Assembly (NCBI GenBank): GCA_965238075.1
Contig: OZ250173.1
Span: forward strand, 1,216,001-1,280,000
Direction of reading: 5' to 3'
Origin: Candidatus Entotheonellaceae bacterium
GTDB lineage: Bacteria > Tectomicrobia > Entotheonellia > Entotheonellales > Entotheonellaceae
Length of the DNA stretch: 64,000 bases
A program made the translations under genes and the position numbers. This document shows positions 35,203 to 44,770 of the stretch, piece after piece. The stretch's first letter is position 1. Every line of letters starts with the position of its first letter. Below the pieces are notes generated by a model, which saw only the letters and a program-made list of their open reading frames with translations, was not told the DNA's origin and did no database searches.

Positions 35203-37470
35203 TCAGGTCAGGGTCAGGGGAACGGGCGTGGCCGTCACGTACACCCACGACGTACGCCACGGCACGATCTGATCAAGCAGTTGCTGGCGGTAGCACGCCT
35301 CAACACGGTTGACGTCGTCCGCGTTCAGGCACTTCAGCAGGTGTTGGGCATAGGACGGGCGCCGAGTTGCCGCCTGTCGGTCGAACCAACGCGCCAACGC
35401 CTCGGCGGTGATGCGGCGCTCCTCGTCCTGTGCCTCGGCGCCCAGCGGCGTTCGCAATTCGAACCCGGCCAGGCGCAAAATCGCTTCCAGATCCGGTGCG
35501 TCCCAGTTGACCAGAGGGTCGTCGTCCGCTTGGTACATGGCAACCTCGGCTGCCTGTAAGCGGGCAACCAAATCCTCCCCCAGAGTCGCCGGATCGACCA
35601 ACGCCGAGAGGCGCTGCGCACGCCGCGGCACGACCTCGGCCAGGCACAGCCGCCCCGTGTCCCGCAGGCAGGCGCGCAGCACGGCGCACACACTGGATTT
35701 ATCCGCGTGTCCGCTCAAGACGTTGCGGCCCACCACCGCGTCGAACCGCACCGCCTCATCCCCGCATGCCTTGAGCAGTGCCGGTAAATCCTGAGCGCCG
35801 CCGACCAGCAGCCGCGGACGTTGCAGCTCCGGCAGCCGCGCCGCCTGTTGCCGCACCGCCTCGGCGCTGCGCCCGTCGTGCGCCAGCGTCCAGACGCCGC
35901 CCTCCGGGGCACGCCGCAGGGCTTCCCAGGTCAGCAGGCCGGTGTTGGCATTGGCGTCCAGCACCAAGCTGTGGCGTTGCAGGGCTGCCGCGTCCAGCAC
36001 GCGGTCGCGCAGGGCGCCGAGATGCTGCCCGGCGCGGCTGACCGTGCGCTGCAGCCAGCGGTCGTGGGCGCGCCCGGCATCGCTGTAGGTGAACACCTCG
36101 CCCACCGCCTCGCCGTCGACGTCCAACATCGCCTCAAGCTGCGCCTCGCGGTGCCCCATCACCTGCTGGCGGATGCCTTGCTCATAGCCCAGAGCGCCGG
36201 GCTCGTAAAACACCTTGCCCTGCATGTGGGTGGGCAGGTACTGCTGCGCCACCCAATGATCGCGGTAAGCGTGCGGGTAGAGATACCCCTCGCCGTGCCC
36301 GAATTGCTTGGCGTCCCGGCTGGCGTCCTTGAGATGGGCGGGCACGTCGCCCTCGCGCTCGTTCTCGATCACGCCCAGCGCGTCGAAGAACGCGAAGATC
36401 GAGTTGGATTTCGGCGCCGTGGCCAGGTAGAGCGCTGCCTGCGCCAGGGGAAAGCGGCCCTCCGGCAAGCCGACGCGGTCGAACGCGGTGGCGCAACTCA
36501 AGGTCACCGTCACCGCGTGCGGGTCGGCAAGCCCGACGTCTTCGCTGGCGAAAATGAGCATGCGGCGGAACAGAAAGCGCGGGTCCTCGCCGGCGTACAC
36601 CATCTTGGCCAGCCAATACATCGCCGCGTCGGGGTCCGAGCCGCGCAGCGACTTGATGAACGCCGAAATGGTGTCGTAGTGGTAGTCGCCTTCCTTGTCG
36701 TACAGCACGGCACGTTGCTGGATGCTCTCCTCCGCCACCTGCATGTCGATCACGAAACGCCCGTCGGCCTGCGGCGGGGTGGTTTCAACCGCCAGTTCAA
36801 GGGCGTTGAGAACGCCGCGTGCATCGCCATTGGCCACCCGCACCAAGTGCGCCATGGCGTCCTCGTGCACGTCGACGCAGCGACCGCCGTAGCCGCGCTC
36901 CGGGTCCCGCAGCGCCTGCTCGGCGATAGCGTGCAGATCGGCGTCGCCCAGCGAGCGCAACTGAAAGATTCGGCTGCGGCTGGTCAGGGCGCGGTTGACC
37001 GCAAAGTACGGGTTCTCGGTGGTGGCGCCGATCAGGATGATGGTGCCGTTTTCGACGTGCGGCAGTAGCGCGTCCTGCTGCGCCTTGTTGAACCGGTGCA
37101 CCTCGTCGACGAACAGGATGGTGCGCTGTTGCAAGCCTTCCGCGCGCTGCCGCGCCTCGGTGATGGCGTTGCGAATGTCGGCGACGCCAGCCAGCACCGC
37201 GTTGATGGTGAGGAAGTGGCTGCGGGTGGTGTTGGCAATCACCATCGCCAGGGTGGTTTTGCCGGTTCCGGGGGGGCCGTAGAAAATCAGGGAGGAGAGC
37301 TGGTCCGCCTCAATGGCGCGGCGCAGCAGGCGGCCGGGGCCGACGATGTGGTCTTGGCCGATGAACTCCTGCAGGGTACGCGGGCGCAAGCGGGCGGCCA
37401 GGGGCTGCCCGCCTTCAGCCGCCGTGCTGGGTGGACCGGATGGCACGCCGAGGCTCCTCTCCGAAGGCAT
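35203..37470 (-). CDS. rarA: Replication-associated recombination protein RarA/MgsA AAA+ ATPase fused to a C-terminal methyltransferase-like domain
   Basis: 'PLAARLRP', 'GPPGTGKTT', 'VDEVHRFNKAQQD', 'SAFIKSLRGSD', 'YLYPH'. Confidence 0.88.
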   Translation of the reverse strand: MPSERSLGVPSGPPSTAAEGGQPLAARLRPRTLQEFIGQDHIVGPGRLLRRAIEADQLSSLIFYGPPGTGKTTLAMVIANTTRSHFLTINAVLAGVADIRNAITEARQRAEGLQQRTILFVDEVHRFNKAQQDALLPHVENGTIILIGATTENPYFAVNRALTSRSRIFQLRSLGDADLHAIAEQALRDPERGYGGRCVDVHEDAMAHLVRVANGDARGVLNALELAVETTPPQADGRFVIDMQVAEESIQQRAVLYDKEGDYHYDTISAFIKSLRGSDPDAAMYWLAKMVYAGEDPRFLFRRMLIFASEDVGLADPHAVTVTLSCATAFDRVGLPEGRFPLAQAALYLATAPKSNSIFAFFDALGVIENEREGDVPAHLKDASRDAKQFGHGEGYLYPHAYRDHWVAQQYLPTHMQGKVFYEPGALGYEQGIRQQVMGHREAQLEAMLDVDGEAVGEVFTYSDAGRAHDRWLQRTVSRAGQHLGALRDRVLDAAALQRHSLVLDANANTGLLTWEALRRAPEGGVWTLAHDGRSAEAVRQQAARLPELQRPRLLVGGAQDLPALLKACGDEAVRFDAVVGRNVLSGHADKSSVCAVLRACLRDTGRLCLAEVVPRRAQRLSALVDPATLGEDLVARLQAAEVAMYQADDDPLVNWDAPDLEAILRLAGFELRTPLGAEAQDEERRITAEALARWFDRQAATRRPSYAQHLLKCLNADDVNRVEACYRQQLLDQIVPWRTSWVYVTATPVPLTLT

Positions 37471-37595
37471 GAACAGGGCGTTCCGCAAGCCGCGCCATCC
37501 AATGCGTAGGGGGCCGGAATAGGCTATAGTGAGGCCCATTCAGCGTCCAACCCATCCCCAGCTTCTGGCTAGCAAGCTTTAATAAAGGACCGCCC

Positions 37596-39611
37596 ATGGC
37601 TGCTCCCGTCCTCGTTACCAGTGCGCTGCCGTACGCCAATGGCAGCATTCACCTCGGCCATATGCTCGAATATATCCAGACGGACATTTTGGTGCGTTTT
37701 CTCAAGATGACGGGGCAGGACGTTGTGTACATGTGCGCGGATGATACGCACGGCACGCCGATCGAGGTCAACGCCTGGCGCGCCGGGGTGACGCCAGAGG
37801 AATACATCGCGCCTTTCTACGTCGAGCACCAGCGGGATTTTGCCGATTTTTCCGTCGCCTTCGACTGCTTCTACACCACCAACAGCCCGGAAAATCAATA
37901 CCATTCGGAGACTATCTTCGAGCGCCTGCGCGAGCGGGGCCACATTGTAACGCGGCCCGTGACGCAATACTACTGCGAGCGGGACGGCCGCTTTCTGCCC
38001 GACCGCTTCATTCGCGGCACCTGCCCCAGTTGCAAGGCGGCGGAGCAGTACGGCGACGTGTGCGAGGTGTGCGGCACCACCTACAGCCCCACCGACCTCA
38101 GCGACGCCCACTGCGTGCTGTGCGGCGCCGAGCCGACGATGCGGGAATCGGTGCACTACTTTTTCACCATGAGCGCCTACGAGGACTTTCTGCGCGACTG
38201 GGTTGGCACGCCGGGTCGGGTGCAGCCGGAGGTGCGGCGCTTCTTGGAGACGTGGATCAACGAGGGGCTGCGGGATTGGGACGTGAGCCGCGACGGTCCG
38301 TATTTCGGATTCAAGATCCCCGGCGAGGACGACAAGTACTTCTACGTCTGGCTCGACGCGCCCATCGGCTACATCGCCACCACGCAGAAGTTCTGCGGCG
38401 ACACGGGGCGCGATTTCGACGCCTACTGGCACAACCCGGAGGCGACGATCTACCACGTGGTCGGCAAGGACATCACGTATTTCCACGCCCTGTTCTGGCC
38501 CGCCATGCTGCACGGCGCCGGCTACACACTGCCGAAGAAGGTGCTGGTGCACGGCTTCCTCACCGTCAACGGCGAGAAGATGTCCAAGACGCGCGGCACG
38601 TTCATCACGGCGCGCACCTACCTCGACCACCTCGACCCGCAATACCTGCGCTACTACTACGCCGCCAAGATCAACGGGCGCATCGACGACCTCGACCTCA
38701 ACCTGGAGGAGTTCGTGCATCGGGTCGATGCCGAACTGGTGAACAAGATCGCCAATCTGGTCAGCCGCGTGGTACCGTTCGTGAACCGGCACTTCGAGGG
38801 CCGGCTCGGGCGGCTCGATGCCGCCGTGCAGCCGCTCATCGACGATATCCGGGCACGCTTGCCGCGGGTACGGGCGTCCTATGAACGCCTGGAGTTCAAC
38901 CGCGCCGTGCAAGAGATCGTGGCGATTGCCGAGGTCGGTAACAAGTATTTTCAAGACGCGGCGCCGTGGGAACTGGTTAAGCAAGACCCGCAGGCGGCGC
39001 AGGCGGTGTGCACGTTCGCGGTGAATTGCTGCCGTACGGCGGCGGCGCTGATCAAGCCGGCGCTGCCGAAATACGCCGCGGACGTGGAGGCGATCCTACG
39101 CGTCGAGCCGCTGCTGTTTGACGATACGGCGCGCTTCGATCTGGAGGCGCACGAGATCGGCGCTTTCGAGCGGCTGATCGAACGGGTGGACGCCAAGCAG
39201 GTCAGCGCCATGGTCAAGGCCAGCAAGGAAAACCTCGATGCTATTCCCGCCAGCCCGACGGCGCAACCGGTCGAGGCGCTGGAGCCTCAGATCGATATCG
39301 ATGCCTTCAGCCGTGTCGATCTGCGGGTGGCAACCGTGCTGCAGGCCGAGACGGTGGAAGGAGCGGACCGGCTGCTGCGCTTAAAGGTCGACATTGGCAG
39401 CGAGCAGCGGACCATTTTTGCCGGCATTCGGCAGTCGTACGCCCCCGAAAAGCTCCTCGGCAGGCAGGTCATCGTGGTCGCCAATCTGCAACCCCGCAAG
39501 ATGCGGTTTGGCGTCAGCGAGGGCATGCTGCTGGCCGCGGGACCCGACGGCACGGACGTGGTGGTAGCGGAGTTTGCCCAGCCGCGTCAGCCGGGACAGC
39601 GGGTACGATAA
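37596..39611 (+). CDS. metG: Methionine--tRNA ligase with C-terminal tRNA-binding domain
   Basis: 'ALPYANGSIHLGH', 'KMSKTRG', zinc knuckles, 'VANLQPRKMRFGVSEGMLL'. Confidence 0.97.
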   Translation: MAAPVLVTSALPYANGSIHLGHMLEYIQTDILVRFLKMTGQDVVYMCADDTHGTPIEVNAWRAGVTPEEYIAPFYVEHQRDFADFSVAFDCFYTTNSPENQYHSETIFERLRERGHIVTRPVTQYYCERDGRFLPDRFIRGTCPSCKAAEQYGDVCEVCGTTYSPTDLSDAHCVLCGAEPTMRESVHYFFTMSAYEDFLRDWVGTPGRVQPEVRRFLETWINEGLRDWDVSRDGPYFGFKIPGEDDKYFYVWLDAPIGYIATTQKFCGDTGRDFDAYWHNPEATIYHVVGKDITYFHALFWPAMLHGAGYTLPKKVLVHGFLTVNGEKMSKTRGTFITARTYLDHLDPQYLRYYYAAKINGRIDDLDLNLEEFVHRVDAELVNKIANLVSRVVPFVNRHFEGRLGRLDAAVQPLIDDIRARLPRVRASYERLEFNRAVQEIVAIAEVGNKYFQDAAPWELVKQDPQAAQAVCTFAVNCCRTAAALIKPALPKYAADVEAILRVEPLLFDDTARFDLEAHEIGAFERLIERVDAKQVSAMVKASKENLDAIPASPTAQPVEALEPQIDIDAFSRVDLRVATVLQAETVEGADRLLRLKVDIGSEQRTIFAGIRQSYAPEKLLGRQVIVVANLQPRKMRFGVSEGMLLAAGPDGTDVVVAEFAQPRQPGQRVR

Positions 39612-39615
39612 TCGG

Positions 39616-40179
39616 ATGACGGCACGCCCCATGATGGCCCGGCTCAAGACCAGTGCCTCCCTGATTCTGGGCGCCATCGTCCTCATCTGGGCCGTGGAAT
39701 TGGTGAACTTCCTGTCGGTCCGCCAACTCTACAGCCTGGGAATTCTGCCGCGCCGCCTTTCGGGGCTGATCGGCATCCCGCTCAGCCCCTTCATACATGG
39801 CAGCGTAGGCCATGCCATGGTCAACACCGTGCCCTTCCTGGTGCTCGGCGGCCTCGTCGCCCTGCGCGGCATCAAGGCGTTTGCGGCCGTCTCCGTCTTT
39901 GTCATCCTGTGCGGTGGGGCGGCGTTGTGGCTCTTTGGGCGGGCTTCCTACCACATCGGGGCGAGCGGCCTGATCTTCGGATACTTCGGCTATCTGTTAG
40001 CGCGCGGCTGGTACGAGCGCAGCACCGGGGCCATCCTGGCGACGCTGCTGACCCTGTTCTTATACGGCGGCCTCGTCTGGGGCGTTCTGCCCAGCCGCTC
40101 CTTCATTTCCTGGGAAGGCCACCTGTTCGGAATGCTCTCCGGCGTCCTGGCTGCCCGGTTGCAAGGGCATCAGGAGTGA
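39616..40179 (+). CDS. Rhomboid family intramembrane serine protease
   Basis: 'PFIHGSVGHAMVN', 'GASG', 'SWEGHLFG'. Confidence 0.9.
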   Translation: MTARPMMARLKTSASLILGAIVLIWAVELVNFLSVRQLYSLGILPRRLSGLIGIPLSPFIHGSVGHAMVNTVPFLVLGGLVALRGIKAFAAVSVFVILCGGAALWLFGRASYHIGASGLIFGYFGYLLARGWYERSTGAILATLLTLFLYGGLVWGVLPSRSFISWEGHLFGMLSGVLAARLQGHQE

Positions 40180-40466
40180 TCAGACCCCTTTTGTCCGCTT
40201 GCCTGCCTTAATCCATAACTGGCAAGACATCGCGTGGGATGAGGAGGAGTGTCGAACGGGATGCACATTAGAATCGCTTCCATACCGCGCCTGACCAGCA
40301 GTTGGGAATCAGGGGCGCCGACCCATTCGCGTCTCTTTCGTGGCGCTGTGGTTCCACAACGCCGGGTAGGTCGCGGTCGGGCTGGGCGATGTTTTGGTGA
40401 ACGGGCCGCGCGGCGGCGGGCCGGTGATGTCGCGGTGAACCAAGCGGAGTTTGCCGACCACACCCA

Positions 40467-40671
40467 TATGAGGATGTGTTCGACGTTGTTGAGAATCCCG
40501 ATCTTATCCTCCGTGGTTATCGCGGCTCATTGGTTGCGGTGCGGAACTACGGGCACCAGCGATATTTGATGGTTGTCTATCGGCAGGTGTCTGGTGAAGA
40601 TGGTTTTATCATTCACGGCGTATTTCACACGCAACATTGACAGGAGGAAGGCTCTATGGAGCAGGTCCTGA
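40467..40671 (+). pseudogene. Frameshifted, 5'-eroded putative toxin gene upstream of DUF2283
   Basis: 'YEDVFDVVENPDLILRGYRGSLVAV...YLMVVYRQVSGEDGFII' continues in the +1 frame as 'TAYFTRNIDRRKALWSRS*', overlapping DUF2283 start. Confidence 0.6.
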
Positions 40672-40925
40672 CCCCTGAGCAGGCCCTTTCGCTCGCACGG
40701 GCAGTACCCTTCGGTTTTCCGGCTTCTCGGTACTGGGTGGATTATAATCGGGAGGCCGATGTGCTCTATGTCAGCTTTGTCCGTCCGCAGCAGGCCACGG
40801 ATACGGACATGACGGACGAAGGTTTCCTGTTGCGCTACCGGGATAACCAGATTGTGGGTGTCACCGTACTGGATGCCTCTACGCGCATGCCAACGCGAGG
40901 GCTTTTTGATCCGGTAGAGCTTTAA
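40656..40925 (+). CDS. DUF2283 domain protein (putative antitoxin)
   Basis: 'VDYNREADVLYVSF...IVGVTVLDAS'. Confidence 0.85.
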   Translation: MEQVLTPEQALSLARAVPFGFPASRYWVDYNREADVLYVSFVRPQQATDTDMTDEGFLLRYRDNQIVGVTVLDASTRMPTRGLFDPVEL

Positions 40926-40952
40926 GTCGGATTAGCGAAACGTAATTCGGCA
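40923..40952. repeat. Degenerate half REP-like hairpin related to 42218-42305
   Basis: taagtcggattagcgaaacgtaattcggca. Confidence 0.45.
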
Positions 40953-41000
40953 TTCCACCGCGCTATGGATGGCCAGGCTCTGGAAGAGGAGAACAGCAGT

Positions 41001-41390
41001 ATGGAAAAAATGGCATTGCTGAGGAAATTCGCAAAGCGAGCCTCTTTAAAGGACTTCCCGACGATTGCCAGGAAACTCGGCGCCATGAACCGAGGCCCTA
41101 TGGTGAAAATATGGGACAAAGTTCAGTTGTTGTGGAGTTTCATAAAGGACCCGAACGTGGCCTGGGGCAAGAAGGCCGCAGCCGTTGGCTCTCTCGTCTA
41201 CCTGATTTCCCCCTTGGATGCAGTACCGGATTTCATCCCAGGAGCCGGCCTGCTCGATGACGTGGCCGTTATTCTCTTTGTCGCCCAGATGCTGGCCGAA
41301 TCACTTAAGACTTACGCCGCAGATGCCGCATCGGAGACCGCGGAAATCAAAGCGGGGGTAGAAATCGAGCATCGTCAACAAAGTCAATGA
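41001..41390 (+). CDS. YkvA/DUF1232 domain protein
   Basis: 'YLISPLDAVPDFIPGAGLLDD'. Confidence 0.85.
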   Translation: MEKMALLRKFAKRASLKDFPTIARKLGAMNRGPMVKIWDKVQLLWSFIKDPNVAWGKKAAAVGSLVYLISPLDAVPDFIPGAGLLDDVAVILFVAQMLAESLKTYAADAASETAEIKAGVEIEHRQQSQ

Positions 41391-41420
41391 TGTAGCGTGC
41401 CGAAAGGCTCGATTCCGGTG

Positions 41421-42014
41421 TCAACGTGGGGGTGGCCATGACCCGACGCCGCGGTTGGTCGCATTGAGGCATGCTTCCGGATTGGTGAAAACGAGGTCGG
41501 ATTCACTCTCCGGGTTTGGCGTTTCGAAAATAGTAGCGTGCATACAGCGGACTTTGGCTTCCCGGATGGCCCGGCCGGAGGACCGCCGGGCGTTGCGGGT
41601 GAGGCATTCGTCGAGGCTGGTGGGCATGACGACGGCCAAGCAGAGGCGGTCGGGGGCATATCGCTCAACAAGGGTTGTCACGCGGGCTCTAGCCCTGGCT
41701 GAGAGGTGGGTGCGGTCGAGAATGATGACGGCAACTGTCTGTAGGTATCTCCGCAGGGTACGTCTGTAATGGTGTTCGGCGGGTCGGCTCAGGTTGTCAA
41801 ACAGTTCGTTGTAAGTCCTTTGCTGTCGCCTGGCTTCCTTTTCAATCAAGCAGTCGGTTGAAAGGATGCGGACATCCGTAGCGGGCCGCAGGCGGGCGGC
41901 CAGCCTTCTGGCGAAGGTGGTCTTGCCGCTGCCGGGCAGGCCGACGAGGAGAAAGAGGAGGCGGCGGTTGGCAGCAAGGGCTTCCTGCAGAAGGACTTGG
42001 GCGTCGTCTGGCAT
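41421..42014 (-). CDS. P-loop kinase (AAA_33, polynucleotide-kinase-like)
   Basis: 'LLVGLPGSGKTTFA', 'ILSTD', 'IILDRT', 'CLTRNARR'. Confidence 0.7.
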   Translation of the reverse strand: MPDDAQVLLQEALAANRRLLFLLVGLPGSGKTTFARRLAARLRPATDVRILSTDCLIEKEARRQQRTYNELFDNLSRPAEHHYRRTLRRYLQTVAVIILDRTHLSARARARVTTLVERYAPDRLCLAVVMPTSLDECLTRNARRSSGRAIREAKVRCMHATIFETPNPESESDLVFTNPEACLNATNRGVGSWPPPR

Positions 42015-42217
42015 AGGCGGTGAGGGGCATCTCCTTAATTTGGACGATGCCGCGTGGTAAAACCGACCCGTCTGGTTGACAAGCGGCCTGAGCGGAGGCG
42101 TCGGGAACACGGCACGCCCGATGTGGATATCGTTGACGATCACTGGCACTACAGGTGAAGTGCGGGATTGGGGGCAACCGCGTACCGGGAGCACAACCTG
42201 GCGCTACCGGCGATTAA

Positions 42218-42305
42218 GTAGATCGGGTTGGCCGTAGGCGTAACCCGACAGCAGAAAGCCGCTGAGCGCAGCGGAATGTCGGCTTACGGTTCGCTATCGA
42301 CCTAC
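42218..42305. repeat. GTAG-type REP doublet (inverted pair)
   Basis: gtagatcgggttggccgtaggcgtaacccgac ... gtcggcttacggttcgctatcgacctac. Confidence 0.7.
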
Positions 42306-42490
42306 AGGTTGATACGAAAACGTTCTGTCTGTTGCCGAAGTTAACCGGATGACGCCATGTGCGCTTAACCTGTAGCGGGCCGTGCCGCGGCTTGCTTCAG
42401 GCATGCCCTGACGTTTACAATGCCAGAATTGGTTGCCCGCCTGGACTGAAGCGTCCTCACTTGCTCGTTGCGCCGTAGAAAGGAAACCCA

Positions 42491-43120
42491 GTGGGACTGG
42501 AAACGATCTTTGGGAGCGGATTCATCACCTCGCAGCTCAACAAAATCATCAATTGGGGCCGCAAGAACTCCTTCTTTCCCCTGCCCTTCGTGACCGCTTG
42601 CTGCGGCATGGAATTCATGGCCACCTGGGGATCGCATTACGACGTTGCCCGTTTCGGCGCGGAACTGCCGCGGTTTTCGCCCCGGCAATCGGACCTGCTC
42701 ATGGTCGTCGGCACGATCAACCACAAGATCGCACCGGTTCTCAAGCGCGTTTACGATCAGATGTGCGAGCCGAAGTGGGTGATCGCCTTTGGGGCCTGCG
42801 CGGCTTCGGGAGGGTTTTACCGGAATTACGCCACCGTACAGGGCATCGACCGCATCATTCCGGTGGACGTGTACATCGCAGGTTGCCCACCGCGCCCGGA
42901 GGCGGTGCTGGAGGGGCTCATGCTGCTGCAGAAGAAGGTTGAGGGCGAGGACGTTCTCAATCGAAGCGCCCCCATCATGGTGAACGGCCAAGCCTATTCC
43001 GAGGATCGCCTGGTTCACGTCGAGCCGCCGGTGGACCGCCGGGCCGATCACGTTGTCGCGTCGCACGAGGGGCCGGGCGTGCACCCCTGGCAAGGCTTCG
43101 AAGAAACCGAACGCCGCTGA
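42491..43120 (+). CDS. nuoB: NADH-quinone oxidoreductase subunit B (stand-alone)
   Basis: 'TACCGME', 'SPRQSDL', 'QMCEPKWVIAFGACA', 'VDVYIAGCPPRPE'. Confidence 0.93.
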   Translation: MGLETIFGSGFITSQLNKIINWGRKNSFFPLPFVTACCGMEFMATWGSHYDVARFGAELPRFSPRQSDLLMVVGTINHKIAPVLKRVYDQMCEPKWVIAFGACAASGGFYRNYATVQGIDRIIPVDVYIAGCPPRPEAVLEGLMLLQKKVEGEDVLNRSAPIMVNGQAYSEDRLVHVEPPVDRRADHVVASHEGPGVHPWQGFEETERR

Positions 43121-43144
43121 TCCACTCACCCGCCGGCGCCGGCC

Positions 43145-44047
43145 TCAATTGTCCTTTGGCGGCCGGCGCACCTGCATTCCCAAATTATCCTCTAACACCT
43201 GCATCATGCCGCTCAAATCGTTCCCGCCGCGGCCGTTGGCGCGTGCCTGACGCATCAGGTTGATACACACGCTGCCCATCACCAACGGCACCGACAGCTC
43301 ATCGCCGAGCTCCAGCGCCAGACGCAAATCCTTGTGCGCCAAGTCGATGGTGAAGCCGGGGGAGAAATCCCCGGCGAAAATCTTGTGGGGAAACTGCCGC
43401 ATGGCCCAGCTGGCGCCGCTGCTGGATTGAACGATGTCGTGCAGAATCTGCGGGTCGACGCCCGCCTTGACGCCCAGCAGCATGCCCTCGAATGCCGCCA
43501 TGGAGTTGACGAAGGCCAGCATGTTGTTGACCACCTTGGCCACGCAGCCACTGCCGCTATCGCCGACCCGGAAAACATTGGCGCCGATGTGCTGCAGCAG
43601 GGGCCGGACGGTTTCAAAGGCACTCGCGTCGCCGCCCACCATGACGGCCAGCGTGGCTCCCTCGGCGCCCGCCACGCCGCCGCTCACCGGCGCATCCAGC
43701 ATTGTGACCCCCTTGGCCGCAAGGGTGGCGCACAGCCGTTGCGCCACGGTCGGGGAATTGGTGCTCAGATCGACGTAGATCAGGCCCGGGCGCGCGGCGT
43801 CCGCAATGCCGTCGGTCCCCAGCGCCACCTGCTCGATTTCCCGCGGCCCCGGCAGCGAGCTGAACACGATGTCGCACGCCAGCGCCACCGCCTTGGGGCT
43901 CTCGGCCTGCTGAGCGCCCAGGCTGACCATGCGTGCCAAGTTCGATGGATGCACGTCGAATACCAACACGTCATGGCCGGCCTCGATCAGGTGGCGACAC
44001 ATCGGCGTGCCAATGTTCCCGACCCCGATAAATCCAAGTTGCATCAC
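43145..44047 (-). CDS. 3-hydroxyisobutyrate dehydrogenase family NAD(P)-dependent oxidoreductase
   Basis: 'GFIGVGNIG', 'DAPVSGG', 'AKVVNN', 'HKDL'. Confidence 0.9.
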   Translation of the reverse strand: MMQLGFIGVGNIGTPMCRHLIEAGHDVLVFDVHPSNLARMVSLGAQQAESPKAVALACDIVFSSLPGPREIEQVALGTDGIADAARPGLIYVDLSTNSPTVAQRLCATLAAKGVTMLDAPVSGGVAGAEGATLAVMVGGDASAFETVRPLLQHIGANVFRVGDSGSGCVAKVVNNMLAFVNSMAAFEGMLLGVKAGVDPQILHDIVQSSSGASWAMRQFPHKIFAGDFSPGFTIDLAHKDLRLALELGDELSVPLVMGSVCINLMRQARANGRGGNDLSGMMQVLEDNLGMQVRRPPKDN

Positions 44048-44262
44048 GATTCCCCTCTCGCAGGTAGGAATTGCCGGCCCATCCGGCGCCGTGCGGTTTT
44101 GTGAAGGCGCCCATCGTACACACCCGGAAAGGAGCGCTCAAGACCACGCGGATCGCTTCCCGAGGTGCCTGGAACGGCTTGACCCTGCCCATGCCCCTTG
44201 CTAGAGTGAGCCGCGAATTTGGCTGTCAACCTGTCCTCCCTCCAATCGAATCAGGAATAATT

Positions 44263-44736
44263 ATGAATTCGGCTCCAGTCAGCAAAGAAGCGGTCGTCCT
44301 CAAGTTGTTGGCAGAGGGAGACACCATGCTGTGCCTTGATGCGCGCCACCCCGACGTCTGCGTTCCGCCGCACCAAGCCCAGAACCCGGCCCTGCGACTG
44401 ATCCTCAATCGCGATTTTCCGCGCCCCATCGACGTGACTGAGGACGGTATCAGCGTCAATCTGTCGTTCGGCGGGCGGCGATTCGATTGCTACGTCGCCA
44501 TGGACGCGCTGTGGGCGGCGTTCAATCCGCACACCATGGAAGGCGCCCTGTGGCAAGAAAGCGCCTCGCCCGAGGTACTGGAAAGTCTCAAGGCTCAGTT
44601 GCAGGTGAAGCAGACCGCCGCGCCAGCTCCTGACGCAGCGCGCAAGCTAGGGCCGAAAGCGTTGCCGCGCGGCAACGGCGAGGCGCCAGCCTCCCAAACG
44701 CCTCGCAAACGGGGGCACCTGCGTTTGGTGAAGTAA
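44263..44736 (+). CDS. ClpXP adaptor SspB-like protein
   Basis: 'LDARHPDVCVP...LRLILN...GISVNLSFGG...W'; C-terminal 'GHLRLVK' ClpX-binding motif. Confidence 0.75.
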   Translation: MNSAPVSKEAVVLKLLAEGDTMLCLDARHPDVCVPPHQAQNPALRLILNRDFPRPIDVTEDGISVNLSFGGRRFDCYVAMDALWAAFNPHTMEGALWQESASPEVLESLKAQLQVKQTAAPAPDAARKLGPKALPRGNGEAPASQTPRKRGHLRLVK

Positions 44737-44770
44737 CCCGGCCGATGCCCTCCGGACGCGGAATCACACC

